Shown one piece after another: positions 9,772 through 19,849 of a stretch of 64,000 bases of DNA. The position numbers and the translations under genes are program-made. Under the pieces are notes generated by a model, which made no database searches, had not been told where the DNA came from, and saw only the letters and a list, made by a program, of their open reading frames with translations. Numbering within the stretch: the stretch's first letter is position 1; each line of letters opens with the position of its first letter. This DNA is from Spongiibacteraceae bacterium (GTDB lineage: Bacteria > Pseudomonadota > Gammaproteobacteria > Pseudomonadales > CAMLJR01): positions 722 to 64,721 of the forward strand of contig JAYVWC010000013.1 of NCBI GenBank assembly GCA_043786385.1, given 5' to 3'.

Positions 9772-11039
9772 TTGGCTTTCACCGAGAATGCTTTTTCTGA
9801 GATGAAATGGTAGAAGATCGCTCCAATTAAATAAATACAACCAGACAAAAGGACGGTCGTGCCGAGATTTATAGTGTACCAAGCGCTGGCTGTCATTACG
9901 AAGGCGATAGCACCAACTAAATAAAAGCTAAGATTGCGTATTGTCTGGAAGTAGCCACCAATAGATACCAGAAAGGTTCCGGCTACATGTTGTATCGAAT
10001 TTCCAATTAGCCAGGAAGCCAATCCAATCAATAGTAGAGTGTCAAATTGATATTTGTCATGTACCCATACCGCCATAATCCACCGGTGCAGCGTAGTGAA
10101 AACTCCTATCATGGTAAAAGACACGCAAAGGCTGAGCATAAGAGTATTTTTTTTCATAGTCCTGGCGGCATCATGCCGGTTTTGGAAAAAACTTTTAGTA
10201 ATGGTATGTATGGTTACGTCTGACACTGCTCGCATTACAGTTGCCATGCCTGAATAAATACGCATCCAAAGACCGTATACCACTACTTGTTTAATATCTA
10301 AAAAAACAGGAATAATTAAGTACCCCCAATTGTAGATTAAGGTTTCATTAACCATAAATAACAGATAGCTCAGCGTTTCTCGCCGGTACTGTAAGAAGTA
10401 TTTAATCAAAAAAGGTAGGCGTATCCGGCAGAGTGTTAACAAGTTGATGCCGCTGAGACGTAGTAGGCTACCCGTAACATAGCAATAGGTGCCAAGAAGG
10501 ATAGCTAATTGGCAGCAAACTGTGAGGAGGAGGCTGTGATCTAATACTAGAAGAAAACTAGTGGAGATATTGCCTACTCGTCTAATTAACTCGGTGACCT
10601 CAAAACTGATATATCGATCAATAGCATTAAATATATTTTTAAAGAATGAAATTGCAGTGTTAATGGCTAAATTGATGGCCATAATTATTACAACTGTGCT
10701 TGAAAGTGAGTTGCTAATTATGTTGGTCAAAATAATTACAGCTATAGTAAATAGGGCAACTGCTAGCATGCCGATCAAAATATAGAAATACAGAATGTAA
10801 CTAATGTCCGTGCTGATGTCGTCGCCATTGAGGTATTTTTTTCGTAAACTCGGATAGATAGGTCGACTTATACCGGCATCAATCCAACTAAGAAATACCG
10901 AATAACCGGATATTAGTACCAATAGCGCGAGATTCGATTGGTCAAAGTATTTTGCATATAACCAGATTTGCACAAAGCCGGTGACGGTTCCTACCGCTAT
11001 CGATGAATAACGAAGTAGTGCATAAGACTTAGGAATCAC
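9768..11039 (-). CDS. Polysaccharide flippase (Wzx-like)
   Basis: 423 aa with about 12 hydrophobic segments inside a Wzy-type locus. Confidence 0.7.
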   Translation of the reverse strand: MIPKSYALLRYSSIAVGTVTGFVQIWLYAKYFDQSNLALLVLISGYSVFLSWIDAGISRPIYPSLRKKYLNGDDISTDISYILYFYILIGMLAVALFTIAVIILTNIISNSLSSTVVIIMAINLAINTAISFFKNIFNAIDRYISFEVTELIRRVGNISTSFLLVLDHSLLLTVCCQLAILLGTYCYVTGSLLRLSGINLLTLCRIRLPFLIKYFLQYRRETLSYLLFMVNETLIYNWGYLIIPVFLDIKQVVVYGLWMRIYSGMATVMRAVSDVTIHTITKSFFQNRHDAARTMKKNTLMLSLCVSFTMIGVFTTLHRWIMAVWVHDKYQFDTLLLIGLASWLIGNSIQHVAGTFLVSIGGYFQTIRNLSFYLVGAIAFVMTASAWYTINLGTTVLLSGCIYLIGAIFYHFISEKAFSVKAK

Positions 11040-12645
11040 TTGCGACCACAGCGTTCAGAAGCTCTATGGCACGGCAAAACATCATAAGCTGTCTGCTTGG
11101 ATTGTCGGCATGTAAGGGGATCATACTTAAGAACAATGTGCCTTCTATTAGCTTTATTTGTTGAAGATCAAAGCGACTCCCTATTAGCTCATCAAATCGT
11201 TCACCTACTGCGCGATGATGCGGTTGGCAAAAAACTTCGTATTCTATGCTCTCATTACTTAAGTTAACGATGAATAGGTCGTTAACGATAAAGTCGTACA
11301 AGCCGCATATTGAATGCCGTAGTTTTGCAACATCGTATCGGATATCACCGCCAATGCTGCCTCCCCAAGATCCTCTTGGGTCTATTAAACGAATAACTCC
11401 GCCACTGACATCGTATAAAATGTTCGAGAAACAGAAATCACCGTGAACCAAACAGTTCATTTCTTCGGAATAAAGCTGATCCAGTTTAGAAAAAATGGAA
11501 TCACGAAGTCCCACCCAGTTGTAGTATGTGAGGCCGTTAATTTGAATTTCTGGTAGTTGTAGAAGCTCCTCAAAGAGCTTGTTTTCTGTAATGAGCTGAT
11601 GCATTCGTTGATTTGTTTTTTCTACATATACTTCGAAATATGACTTTCTACTAACGGGAATTGAATACTCCGTAAATATATAGAGGATACTCAGTATTTT
11701 TTGAATGATGGAGAGTAGACCGGCAGTTCCAAATGATGAGTAAAGCCAAATTTCAGAAACAGATTGGTAGCTATAATACTCCATAGTAATGAAAGGATTC
11801 CGACAGTGTATGTCGGTGGCAATTATGCGGGGAAAAAGCACCTCAACTCTGGGAGGTAAGTTCATTTGCCAGCGGATTTCTTCAACAAATTTTTTAGTGT
11901 CTTTGCTGCGTTTGGTGACAGTCCCTAAAAGATCATCAAACTCTAGTGTGTTAAAAAATCTGGAGCTCAACATTTTTTTCTTGCCGACTTGGTATTTATC
12001 AATATGTCCAAAGTCAAGCCATTCGCCAGCTTCGATTGCTGTAAATGACTCTGTGTTCATGGCAAAGCTGATAAGGTCAGATATTTGGGTTTTATCCTTC
12101 GTCGGCGAATAGTTCTTGAGGATGCCTACGTCGCGAAAAGAATACAGCCCTACGACACCATTCTTGGGCTCTGCATCGGCTTTCTTCTCGTGGAATGCCT
12201 GGATTTGTGCGGTATGTTCATCGATATCTACTAGACACCATCGCTCGGGGTTGTCTATTTCCTGAGAAATTAGAACTGCATTCTGTTGTTTGAGTTTATT
12301 TATTTCTATAGGAACGAGGGTGTCGGCAAGGTTGACTAAGGCCGGGCCGCTACCTATAGCGTGAAAGATTGTAATTAGAGAGTCGCCAGGCCCTTTAGTT
12401 TTGTCGACCTCAATAAAATGAAGATTGGCTTTTCTTTTGAAGAAAGTGTTTATTATTTTTTTTAGATATTCAGAGTCATGGTCAACACCAATATAAATGT
12501 CTTTTATATCGATTTTGAGGAAATTTTCGATAATAAAAAAAATGATAGGCTTGCCATTGACGGGGACTAATCCTGTTGGGATCTGGCCGAAAATAGGAAT
12601 CAGGGTGGCATCTGCGATACCTGCAGTTAATATTACGCCGTACAT
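11029..12645 (-). CDS. Fused NTP-transferase-like and APH/choline-kinase-like capsule biosynthesis protein (BcbE/KfoD-like)
   Basis: N-terminal VILTAG...PVNGKP...WLDFG nucleotidyltransferase fold; C-terminal HGDFCFSNI and LIDPRG kinase motifs. Start set to ATG 12645. Confidence 0.75.
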   Translation of the reverse strand: MYGVILTAGIADATLIPIFGQIPTGLVPVNGKPIIFFIIENFLKIDIKDIYIGVDHDSEYLKKIINTFFKRKANLHFIEVDKTKGPGDSLITIFHAIGSGPALVNLADTLVPIEINKLKQQNAVLISQEIDNPERWCLVDIDEHTAQIQAFHEKKADAEPKNGVVGLYSFRDVGILKNYSPTKDKTQISDLISFAMNTESFTAIEAGEWLDFGHIDKYQVGKKKMLSSRFFNTLEFDDLLGTVTKRSKDTKKFVEEIRWQMNLPPRVEVLFPRIIATDIHCRNPFITMEYYSYQSVSEIWLYSSFGTAGLLSIIQKILSILYIFTEYSIPVSRKSYFEVYVEKTNQRMHQLITENKLFEELLQLPEIQINGLTYYNWVGLRDSIFSKLDQLYSEEMNCLVHGDFCFSNILYDVSGGVIRLIDPRGSWGGSIGGDIRYDVAKLRHSICGLYDFIVNDLFIVNLSNESIEYEVFCQPHHRAVGERFDELIGSRFDLQQIKLIEGTLFLSMIPLHADNPSRQLMMFCRAIELLNAVVASDS

Positions 12646-12646
12646 T

Positions 12647-13369
12647 TTATAGTAGCCCTTGTGTTGCAATAATATCTTCTGGGGTTCCTAATGGGATGAA
12701 TTGCTCAACCTCATCAAGCACAAATTTTTTCCCCGCATGGATAAGGGCGTTATACATTGGGGCAACATAGTATTCATTCGAGGACATTTCTCCTTTATGA
12801 ATACAGTGCTTTGCGGCGGCAACAAAATCGCTACCTTTGCTGAAGTGATATAGTCCGGTTAACGCATTCTCAGATATTTTGACTTTTTCTGTTGTTCTTA
12901 TCACGATTCCGGTGTCATCTGTTTCTGCAAAGCTCCATTTGTCACCGCTAGCCTTAAATGAGCCCAAAAAGCCGTCTTTTTTTTTGTCGGTGTTGTCTAA
13001 AAGATAGGTTTGGTTTTTTGACTTATAAAGGGTGTCAATGTTAAAGATCATTAAGTCATAAGGGGTATCTATTTTTTCACCGCACGCTAAAACTGTTTCT
13101 GCTTGCCCCCTTGTTATGCTAGGTATGCTTATGATTTTGAATTGGGTTTTCCCCAGTATCGAAGATAAAGTGCCATGCAAATCGTATTTTTCGGTGTGAT
13201 CTTTTAGTGCGACAAAATAAATCATTTTTGCCCGATCAAGCGGCAAGCTGGAGAGGCTATACTCGATTAACGTCTTTCCTTTGACTTTGATCAGGTATTT
13301 TGGCTCGGTGTATCCAGCTTTTACAAAACGAGATCCCGCCCCGGCCATTGGTATAACTATGTTTAGCAT
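12647..13369 (-). CDS. Nucleotidyltransferase-fold capsule protein (BcbG/KfoE-like)
   Basis: IVIPMAGAGSRF...PKYLI, TRGQAETV, EKVKISENALTGLY, EYYVAPMYN and LGTPED motifs. Confidence 0.75.
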   Translation of the reverse strand: MLNIVIPMAGAGSRFVKAGYTEPKYLIKVKGKTLIEYSLSSLPLDRAKMIYFVALKDHTEKYDLHGTLSSILGKTQFKIISIPSITRGQAETVLACGEKIDTPYDLMIFNIDTLYKSKNQTYLLDNTDKKKDGFLGSFKASGDKWSFAETDDTGIVIRTTEKVKISENALTGLYHFSKGSDFVAAAKHCIHKGEMSSNEYYVAPMYNALIHAGKKFVLDEVEQFIPLGTPEDIIATQGLL

Positions 13370-13371
13370 TT

Positions 13372-13773
13372 CTATACTCCATCAAGCTCTTTTTTAGTTT
13401 CGCTAGACGGTTGAAAACTTGAGCCGTTTCCATTTATAGCGTCCCAGGATTCAAAGCGCTGAGCGTTGTCATCCAAGTACACGTCCGCCCAAGGTTTTCC
13501 AAAAATCAATTCATCATACGGAATTTCATGTTTTGCTAGCCAATCCAATGTGGTTTTTCCTTGGCGCGCAATCACCGCGCCAACGTTGCCTTCGCAAGTT
13601 TTCATATGTCTAGCGGTAAAAATTATAATGTAATGTCCATTTTTCTTTAGTTGCTTTATTTTTTCAGCAGCACCAGGAACGGGAATTATTTCCGCATAAG
13701 ACTCATTTTTTCCCTTTAGCTGAGCAATGACGCCGTCTAAGTCTATACAAATTCTCATTGATTTCTCGTACAT
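13372..13773 (-). CDS. HAD-family capsule biosynthesis phosphatase (EcbF/BcbF-like)
   Basis: ICIDLDG, FTARHM and PYDELIFGKPWADVYLDD motifs; 133 aa capless HAD. Confidence 0.85.
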   Translation of the reverse strand: MYEKSMRICIDLDGVIAQLKGKNESYAEIIPVPGAAEKIKQLKKNGHYIIIFTARHMKTCEGNVGAVIARQGKTTLDWLAKHEIPYDELIFGKPWADVYLDDNAQRFESWDAINGNGSSFQPSSETKKELDGV

Positions 13774-13793
13774 GATTATTGGTTGGCGCCGGT

Positions 13794-15002
13794 CTACCGG
13801 ATGATTCCCCTGGTGTCTATTACGACTTTTTCTTTCAAATCCGAAGCGGTAATGCGTTTAAATGACTTGTGATCAACTAACAGTAAAATAATATCCGCTT
13901 CTTTAATGACATTTTGTAGGCTCACCAGTTGAAATTCGACGTGTGACTTCAAATTCGGTTCACAAATAAGTAGCTCGCCGATATTTTCTTTTTGTAAATG
14001 ACGGACGATATCCATCGCAGGGCTTTCGCGCAGATCGTCGACATCGGCTTTAAATGCTAAGCCTAAACAGCCAATCACTGGTTGTTTGAATTTTGCAGCT
14101 TGTTTGCGCACGCGCTCCATGACCCATTCGGGCTTGTGGTCGTTGACTTCGCGCGCGGTGCGAATCAGTCTTGCGTATTCGGGCGAGCGGTGCACGATAA
14201 ACCACGGATCGACTGCAATGCAGTGTCCGCCGACGCCGGGACCCGGTTGCAAAATATTGACGCGTGGATGGCGGTTGGCTAGCGCGATTACTTCCCAGGT
14301 GTTGATGCCTTCGCCTTCGGCGATCATCGAAATTTCATTGGCGAAGGCGATGTTGACATCGCGGAACGAGTTTTCGGTTAACTTAACCATCTCTGCGGTT
14401 TTGGCTGTGGTCGCCAGTACTTCACCGCGTACAAAATCTTGATAAAATTCGACCGCTTTTTGCGTAGATGCTTCGTTGATACCGCCGACCACTCGATCGT
14501 TTTCAACCAGCTCGATGAGAATACGGCCCGGCAATACCCGCTCGGGGCAGTGCGCGACAAATACATCAGTGCCTACGGCATGACCGTATTCGCTCAGAAT
14601 TTTTGCGACCACTTCGTCGGTGGTACCGACGGGGCTGGTCGATTCGAGGATCACCAGATTGCCTGGTTTTACGAATGCGCATATCGAGCGGGTTGCTTTA
14701 TCGACGTAACTTAAATCCGGTTTTTTGCCATCGGTGAATGGGGTTGGCACCGCAATAATAAAAATATCGGCTTCAACGGGCTCTAACGCCGCAGTTAAGT
14801 TGCCGGACTGTACTGCGGATTTCACCAAAATATCGAGATCGGGTTCGACGATATGAATGCCGCCGCGGTTGATCGTTTCAACCACTTTGGCGGAGACATC
14901 TACGCCATGAACGCTGTAACCTTTAGTGCCGAGTAGCGAGGCGGTAGGTAAGCCGATATAGCCCAAACCGATGACACAGATTTTTTGTTTAATAGCGCTC
15001 AT
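13794..15002 (-). CDS. wecC: UDP-N-acetyl-D-mannosamine dehydrogenase
   Basis: GLGYIGLP, ESTSPVGTT, HCPERVLPG, NILQPGPGVGGHC and FKADVDDLRESP motifs. Confidence 0.95.
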   Translation of the reverse strand: MSAIKQKICVIGLGYIGLPTASLLGTKGYSVHGVDVSAKVVETINRGGIHIVEPDLDILVKSAVQSGNLTAALEPVEADIFIIAVPTPFTDGKKPDLSYVDKATRSICAFVKPGNLVILESTSPVGTTDEVVAKILSEYGHAVGTDVFVAHCPERVLPGRILIELVENDRVVGGINEASTQKAVEFYQDFVRGEVLATTAKTAEMVKLTENSFRDVNIAFANEISMIAEGEGINTWEVIALANRHPRVNILQPGPGVGGHCIAVDPWFIVHRSPEYARLIRTAREVNDHKPEWVMERVRKQAAKFKQPVIGCLGLAFKADVDDLRESPAMDIVRHLQKENIGELLICEPNLKSHVEFQLVSLQNVIKEADIILLLVDHKSFKRITASDLKEKVVIDTRGIIR

Positions 15003-15022
15003 GCGGTCACCCGTCCCATTTC

Positions 15023-16177
15023 CTATTTAGTGAGTTTGTTAAATTCTTGTTTGATGATTTTTACAATTTGCTGCGCAGCAGTGCCGTCGCCAAAAGGGTT
15101 GGTGGCGGTTGCCATCGCTCGATAGGCTTCTTCGTTGTGCAATAGTAGTTCAACTGCGTTCACTATTCGCTTTCGATCGGTGCCGACGAGCATTACGGTG
15201 CCTGCTTCTAGCGCTTCTGGGCGCTCGGTCACATCGCGCATCACCAATACCGGCTTGCCGAGCGATGGGCCTTCTTCCTGAATTCCACCGGAGTCGGTGA
15301 GGATTAAATCGCTTTGATCCATCAGCCATACGAATGGCAGGTACTCCAAGGGTTCAATCAGCTTGACATTGGCGAGGCCACACAGCACTTCGTTTACGGG
15401 CTGTTGTACATTGGGGTTCAAATGTACCGGATAGATGAATAACCAATCGGGGTGGGCGAGGGCGAGTTCGCGGATTGCGTTGCATAAATCGATAAAACCT
15501 TGGCCGAAATTTTCGCGGCGATGGCCGGTGATTAATATGAAGCGACCGCTGCGCTGCGTTATTTTTGCTACTAGCTCCGTGCCCAATAATTCCTGCCAGG
15601 TAGAGATTGGTAGTCGTTTAACTTTTTCTCGCGTAATCAACAATGCATCGATAACGGTATTGCCTGTCACATGGATTACATTTGCAGCGACATTTTCAGC
15701 GCGTAAATTTTGTGCGGCTTTGGTGGTTGGCGCAAAATGCAGGCGCGCGATGCGTCCGACCAATGAGCGATTGGCTTCTTCAGGAAACGGCGCGCGCAAA
15801 TCACCGGTACGCAAGCCAGCCTCGACATGGCCTACCGGAATATTTTGATAAAATGCTGCGAGCGCTGCGGCGAAACAAGTGGTGGTATCGCCATGCACTA
15901 ACACTATATCGGGCTGTGCTTTTTTTAATACATCGCGCATACCGAGTAAGACGCGGCTGGTGATATCGTAAAGGTCTTGTCCGGGTTGCATGAGATCGAG
16001 ATCAATATCCGCCTGCAAATCAAAAATTCGCATAACTTGATCGAGCATTTGACGATGTTGTGCGGTAACGCAAATCATCGCTTCAATGGCGGGGTCTGCA
16101 GTCAATGCCAGCGCTACCGGAGCCATTTTAATCGCTTCGGGGCGCGTACCGAATACTGTCATTACCCGTAAAGCCAT
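15023..16177 (-). CDS. wecB: UDP-N-acetylglucosamine 2-epimerase (non-hydrolysing)
   Basis: FGTRPEAIK, HGDTTT, HVEAGLRT, HRRENFG and DSGGIQEE motifs. Confidence 0.96.
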   Translation of the reverse strand: MALRVMTVFGTRPEAIKMAPVALALTADPAIEAMICVTAQHRQMLDQVMRIFDLQADIDLDLMQPGQDLYDITSRVLLGMRDVLKKAQPDIVLVHGDTTTCFAAALAAFYQNIPVGHVEAGLRTGDLRAPFPEEANRSLVGRIARLHFAPTTKAAQNLRAENVAANVIHVTGNTVIDALLITREKVKRLPISTWQELLGTELVAKITQRSGRFILITGHRRENFGQGFIDLCNAIRELALAHPDWLFIYPVHLNPNVQQPVNEVLCGLANVKLIEPLEYLPFVWLMDQSDLILTDSGGIQEEGPSLGKPVLVMRDVTERPEALEAGTVMLVGTDRKRIVNAVELLLHNEEAYRAMATATNPFGDGTAAQQIVKIIKQEFNKLTK

Positions 16178-16254
16178 GTTGTTGTGCGTCCATCGATTAA
16201 AAAATAAAGAGCAACAGATTCAGTCCCTACGCTCTGCGGGGGAGGGGTAGCATT

Positions 16255-17169
16255 TTAGATTGGCAATGGAAACAGCGCGTCTAAATCAATCCCTTCCTCG
16301 CTCGCCAACTTTGCGCCCACCTCGCGTCGTGCTGGGTGATGGCGGCCATGATGGTTAATGCCGCCAATACGCCGACCCTGTGCTGATTCAAGCAGCGATT
16401 TAAAGCTAATCTTGGTGATGCCATGCGCAAAGCCATACAACAGTGCGTAATCGCATAGCGTATTGATTAAGCGCGGCACGCCGCCGCTCAAATAATAAAT
16501 AACATCGACTGCTTTATCGGAAAATATTTCCGGATCGCCACCGGCAACTTCTAATCGGTGGCGGATATAGTGTCGAGTATCATCGAGATTAAGCGGCTCC
16601 AAGTGATATTCTACTGAAACTCGCTGTGCAATTTGCGATAACTCGGGTTTAGATAGAAGTGCCAGTAATTCGGGTTGACCGAGCAGTACGATTTTTAGTA
16701 GCTGATCGCGCTCGGCGTTAATATTCGTTAACAAGCGTAGCTCTTCTAGCGATTTCGCCAGCAGGTTTTGTGCTTCATCGACAATTAGCACGGTTTGTTT
16801 ACCGCGACTGTATTGATCGATTAAATATTGTTGAAATAAACGAAATAGCGCGATGTCATCTTTGTCTTCGTACGGTAATTTAAACGCCGAGGCTACCCAA
16901 CGAATTAAATGCTCTTCGAAGCCCATCGTGTTGTTGATGACTCCGACATTTAAGCGATCGTAATCGAGCGTTTGTAGCATTTTGCGAAGTAGGGTGGTTT
17001 TGCCTGCACCTACGTCACCGGTAATTACAGTTAAGCCGCCACCCGATTCCGAGAGGCCGTATTGCAGCATACTCAAGCCGACGCGATGTTTGCTCGAAAG
17101 ATACAAGCAATCGGGATCCGGCGCCAAATTAAAGGGCGCCTGCTTGAGGCCATAGTGCTCAAGGTACAT
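16255..17169 (-). CDS. ExeA-like AAA ATPase (PEP-CTERM locus type)
   Basis: MYLEHYGLKQAPF, GDVGAGKTT, VDEAQNL, LEELRLL and GGVPRLINTLCD motifs; short form with no C-terminal domain. Confidence 0.88.
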   Translation of the reverse strand: MYLEHYGLKQAPFNLAPDPDCLYLSSKHRVGLSMLQYGLSESGGGLTVITGDVGAGKTTLLRKMLQTLDYDRLNVGVINNTMGFEEHLIRWVASAFKLPYEDKDDIALFRLFQQYLIDQYSRGKQTVLIVDEAQNLLAKSLEELRLLTNINAERDQLLKIVLLGQPELLALLSKPELSQIAQRVSVEYHLEPLNLDDTRHYIRHRLEVAGGDPEIFSDKAVDVIYYLSGGVPRLINTLCDYALLYGFAHGITKISFKSLLESAQGRRIGGINHHGRHHPARREVGAKLASEEGIDLDALFPLPI

Positions 17170-17191
17170 ATCTTAAGTGCTCAAGGTACAT
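17154..17191. repeat. 16-bp direct repeat duplicating the ATPase start region
   Basis: AGTGCTCAAGGTACAT at 17154-17169 and 17176-17191. Confidence 0.9.
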
Positions 17192-17193
17192 GT

Positions 17194-18015
17194 TTATCTA
17201 ACCTTGTTTAGCACGGTGCCGAGTAATTGCCGACCTTCCAGCAATTGTTTGCAGCGTTCGATTTCGCTGCGTTTGCTGACGCCGTCTTCTACTACCAATA
17301 AAATCGCATCGGCGTAAGGTGCAAAGACTAGGGCATCGTCGTCGTCCAGCAGCGCGGGCAAATCGAAAATAATAAAGCGGTCTGGGTAGCGATTGATAAT
17401 ATCGCCCAGCAGTGCGCCCATTTGTGGTGACGACAACAGTTCTGAGCGGTGCTTGGCTTCTGGAATGTGCGGAAGAATAACAAGGCGTTCAAAGCCAGGG
17501 TTTACCAATGCATCGGCGAGTGCAACGCGGCCTTCGACGACATCGATCAGCCCATATTGCGCCTCGATACCCAGCTTTTCCAGAATGCTGCCATGGCGTA
17601 AATCTAAGTCGACCAGCATTACGGTTTGATTGACTTCCAGCGATAAACTGATCGCCAAATTTAACGCAGTTAACGATTTACCGGCTTGGCTATTCGGGCT
17701 GGTAATCGCCAATGTTCGCCAATTATTTTCGCGTAGTTTGCGCAAAATTTGCGTGCGTAATTGCCGATAACTTTCGGTGCGCTTGTCATCGTCGGTAGCG
17801 GCGATAACGCGCTCGCGACGCAAATGCTCGGCATTCAGTGTCGCTACGCGCGTTTGCGTGTATTCAATTTTTTGTGGTCTGGCTTCGGCGCTATTCGTTG
17901 CGCGCTGCTCTTGTGTCGCTGCGCGTTGCTCTTGTGGATTAGTCCCGGGCGGATTGGTGCCGGGCACTTGCCGTTGCTCGCGGGCTTTCTCGATCGCCTG
18001 CTGAATAAAATCCAT
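17194..18015 (-). CDS. BY-kinase (CpsD/CapB-type tyrosine kinase domain of split Wzc)
   Basis: ESYRQLRT, AITSP..AGKS, LVDLDLR, IIFDLPA and LGTVLN motifs. Confidence 0.88.
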   Translation of the reverse strand: MDFIQQAIEKAREQRQVPGTNPPGTNPQEQRAATQEQRATNSAEARPQKIEYTQTRVATLNAEHLRRERVIAATDDDKRTESYRQLRTQILRKLRENNWRTLAITSPNSQAGKSLTALNLAISLSLEVNQTVMLVDLDLRHGSILEKLGIEAQYGLIDVVEGRVALADALVNPGFERLVILPHIPEAKHRSELLSSPQMGALLGDIINRYPDRFIIFDLPALLDDDDALVFAPYADAILLVVEDGVSKRSEIERCKQLLEGRQLLGTVLNKVR

Positions 18016-18033
18016 AATTGCTGCTCCCCGGAT

Positions 18034-19797
18034 TTAGCCGATGCCCAATTTGCGTAATACGACAAACCACAACACATCCAGTGGCTTCACCGCGAAATGA
18101 AATATTGTTAAAACGATAATTACCGTCGTCGTAGTGCCTAAATAAATCCATTTATAACTCTTGCGCCCCTGTTCCTGTTCTTCGGTCAGCATAATGTAAG
18201 GAATGCTGCCGAGTGGGGTCGCAAGCAAGCTTGATAAATCGCCAATGCCGCGCACGCTTTCGTCTAGCATCTCTAGCGCACCGGCTGTTGCGGCAGCAGC
18301 GATAGTGGCCAGCACTAGACCGATGATCAAGATCGCTATGCGGTTAGGGCTGACGGGATTGTCGGGTAATATAGGCGGCTCGACCAATGCATAACGTTCA
18401 CCCTTGCGTTCGCTTTCGAGGCTTTGCGAAAGCTCAGCCTCCATTTGCTTGGCCTTGATTTCTTGGTATTTCAGTGTGTTGGTTTGTAGTTCGCGACTCA
18501 GCTCGGCATAAACCTTCTCAACGTTTGGCGCTTTGGACAGATTGCTTTCAAACTTGCTGATTTTACTTTGCAGCTCGGAGATTCTAGCAGTCAATGTTTT
18601 GATATCACTCTCGGTACCTTTCAGTTGCGTATCGAGTAATACGTAAGCAGGGTTATCTGCTTGGAAACCCTCGGGGGCGGCAGCAGTATTTTTCGCGGCA
18701 TTTTGTAGTGCTTGTACCACATGTTGCTGCTTGAGCACTTCGGGATGATCTACGGTATATGTTTGCTTAAGCTGGGCTAGTTTTTCTTGTTCGGTCTTTA
18801 GCTGTTTTGCGTAATCTTTGGCTGTGGTGCCGACGCCTAACGTATCTTCGAGGTGTGCTATTTCGCGCTGTAGGCGCACCACGTCGGGGTGGTCAGCGCT
18901 ATATAATGCGGATTTATTACGGAAATCAGATTGTAAGGCTTTCAGGCGGTCTTGGTTGCTGAGGGCGCGTTCGCCCGTTGGTAGTTCGGTGGCGGCGTAG
19001 GGGCTGAGTTGTGCTAAGTTGGCTTGCAGCTCAAGTTTACGCTGTTGGGCTTCGGCTAGCCGTATACGAGATTCGTTTAATTCCATATCGGAGCGCTCGA
19101 CGACGCTCATGTTGTATTGTGAGAGCTCAGGCAGCGCACCTTCGTTGGCTTGCTTAAATGCTGACAGTTTTTCTTCTATTTCCTTGATGTGGTTATTTAA
19201 CGCCTCGGCTTCGCTCTTCAAGAAATCGGCGGTCGTAGCTGATTTCTCAGTACGCGATTTTAAGTTTTCATTCATGTATAAGTTGACTAGTTCGTTGGCA
19301 ACTTTCTGCGCAATGGCTGGATTACGGTGATCAAACGAAAGCGTAAAAGCGATGGTCGCTTCCGTCGCGCGACCGAAGCGAGGATCCATAACCTCGGCAC
19401 TAATGACATCCAGCTTCATTTTCTTTTGGAATTTTTGCATTATCTCGGTACGTGGCGTGCGCTTTAACTCCGATTCGCTCCAAAGCGAATATTTCTGCAC
19501 AATATCCATGATATTAGATAGCGTAAATATACGCTGCGAAATGACTTTAATTTGCTGGTTCGCGAATCCGGTAATTGTTGAGCGTACAAGCTCCTGAGGA
19601 ATTTCCTGCTCCTCGATCAAAATAGTTGCGGAGGAGCGATAGGTCGGCGGCCACAGCAGTGCGGCTAACACCATCACACCCAGCGTTATCGCTGCCACAA
19701 TTTGCATCGGTTTTTTTCTGCGTTTTAAAATCTGCAGATATTCGGATAACGATTTAGTTTGTTCTTCCTGGTCGAGCGACATACTGGCCATATTCAT
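18034..19797 (-). CDS. Polysaccharide co-polymerase/chain-length determinant (GumC/Wzc N-terminal part)
   Basis: TM-LWPPTYRS, coiled coil with HPDV/HPEV motifs, PVSPNR followed by a TM segment. Confidence 0.9.
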   Translation of the reverse strand: MNMASMSLDQEEQTKSLSEYLQILKRRKKPMQIVAAITLGVMVLAALLWPPTYRSSATILIEEQEIPQELVRSTITGFANQQIKVISQRIFTLSNIMDIVQKYSLWSESELKRTPRTEIMQKFQKKMKLDVISAEVMDPRFGRATEATIAFTLSFDHRNPAIAQKVANELVNLYMNENLKSRTEKSATTADFLKSEAEALNNHIKEIEEKLSAFKQANEGALPELSQYNMSVVERSDMELNESRIRLAEAQQRKLELQANLAQLSPYAATELPTGERALSNQDRLKALQSDFRNKSALYSADHPDVVRLQREIAHLEDTLGVGTTAKDYAKQLKTEQEKLAQLKQTYTVDHPEVLKQQHVVQALQNAAKNTAAAPEGFQADNPAYVLLDTQLKGTESDIKTLTARISELQSKISKFESNLSKAPNVEKVYAELSRELQTNTLKYQEIKAKQMEAELSQSLESERKGERYALVEPPILPDNPVSPNRIAILIIGLVLATIAAAATAGALEMLDESVRGIGDLSSLLATPLGSIPYIMLTEEQEQGRKSYKWIYLGTTTTVIIVLTIFHFAVKPLDVLWFVVLRKLGIG

Positions 19798-19849
19798 CTA
19801 TGTAAATTCCGTGAAGTCTTTGTCAATAAAGTATGCAATATAAAGGGTG

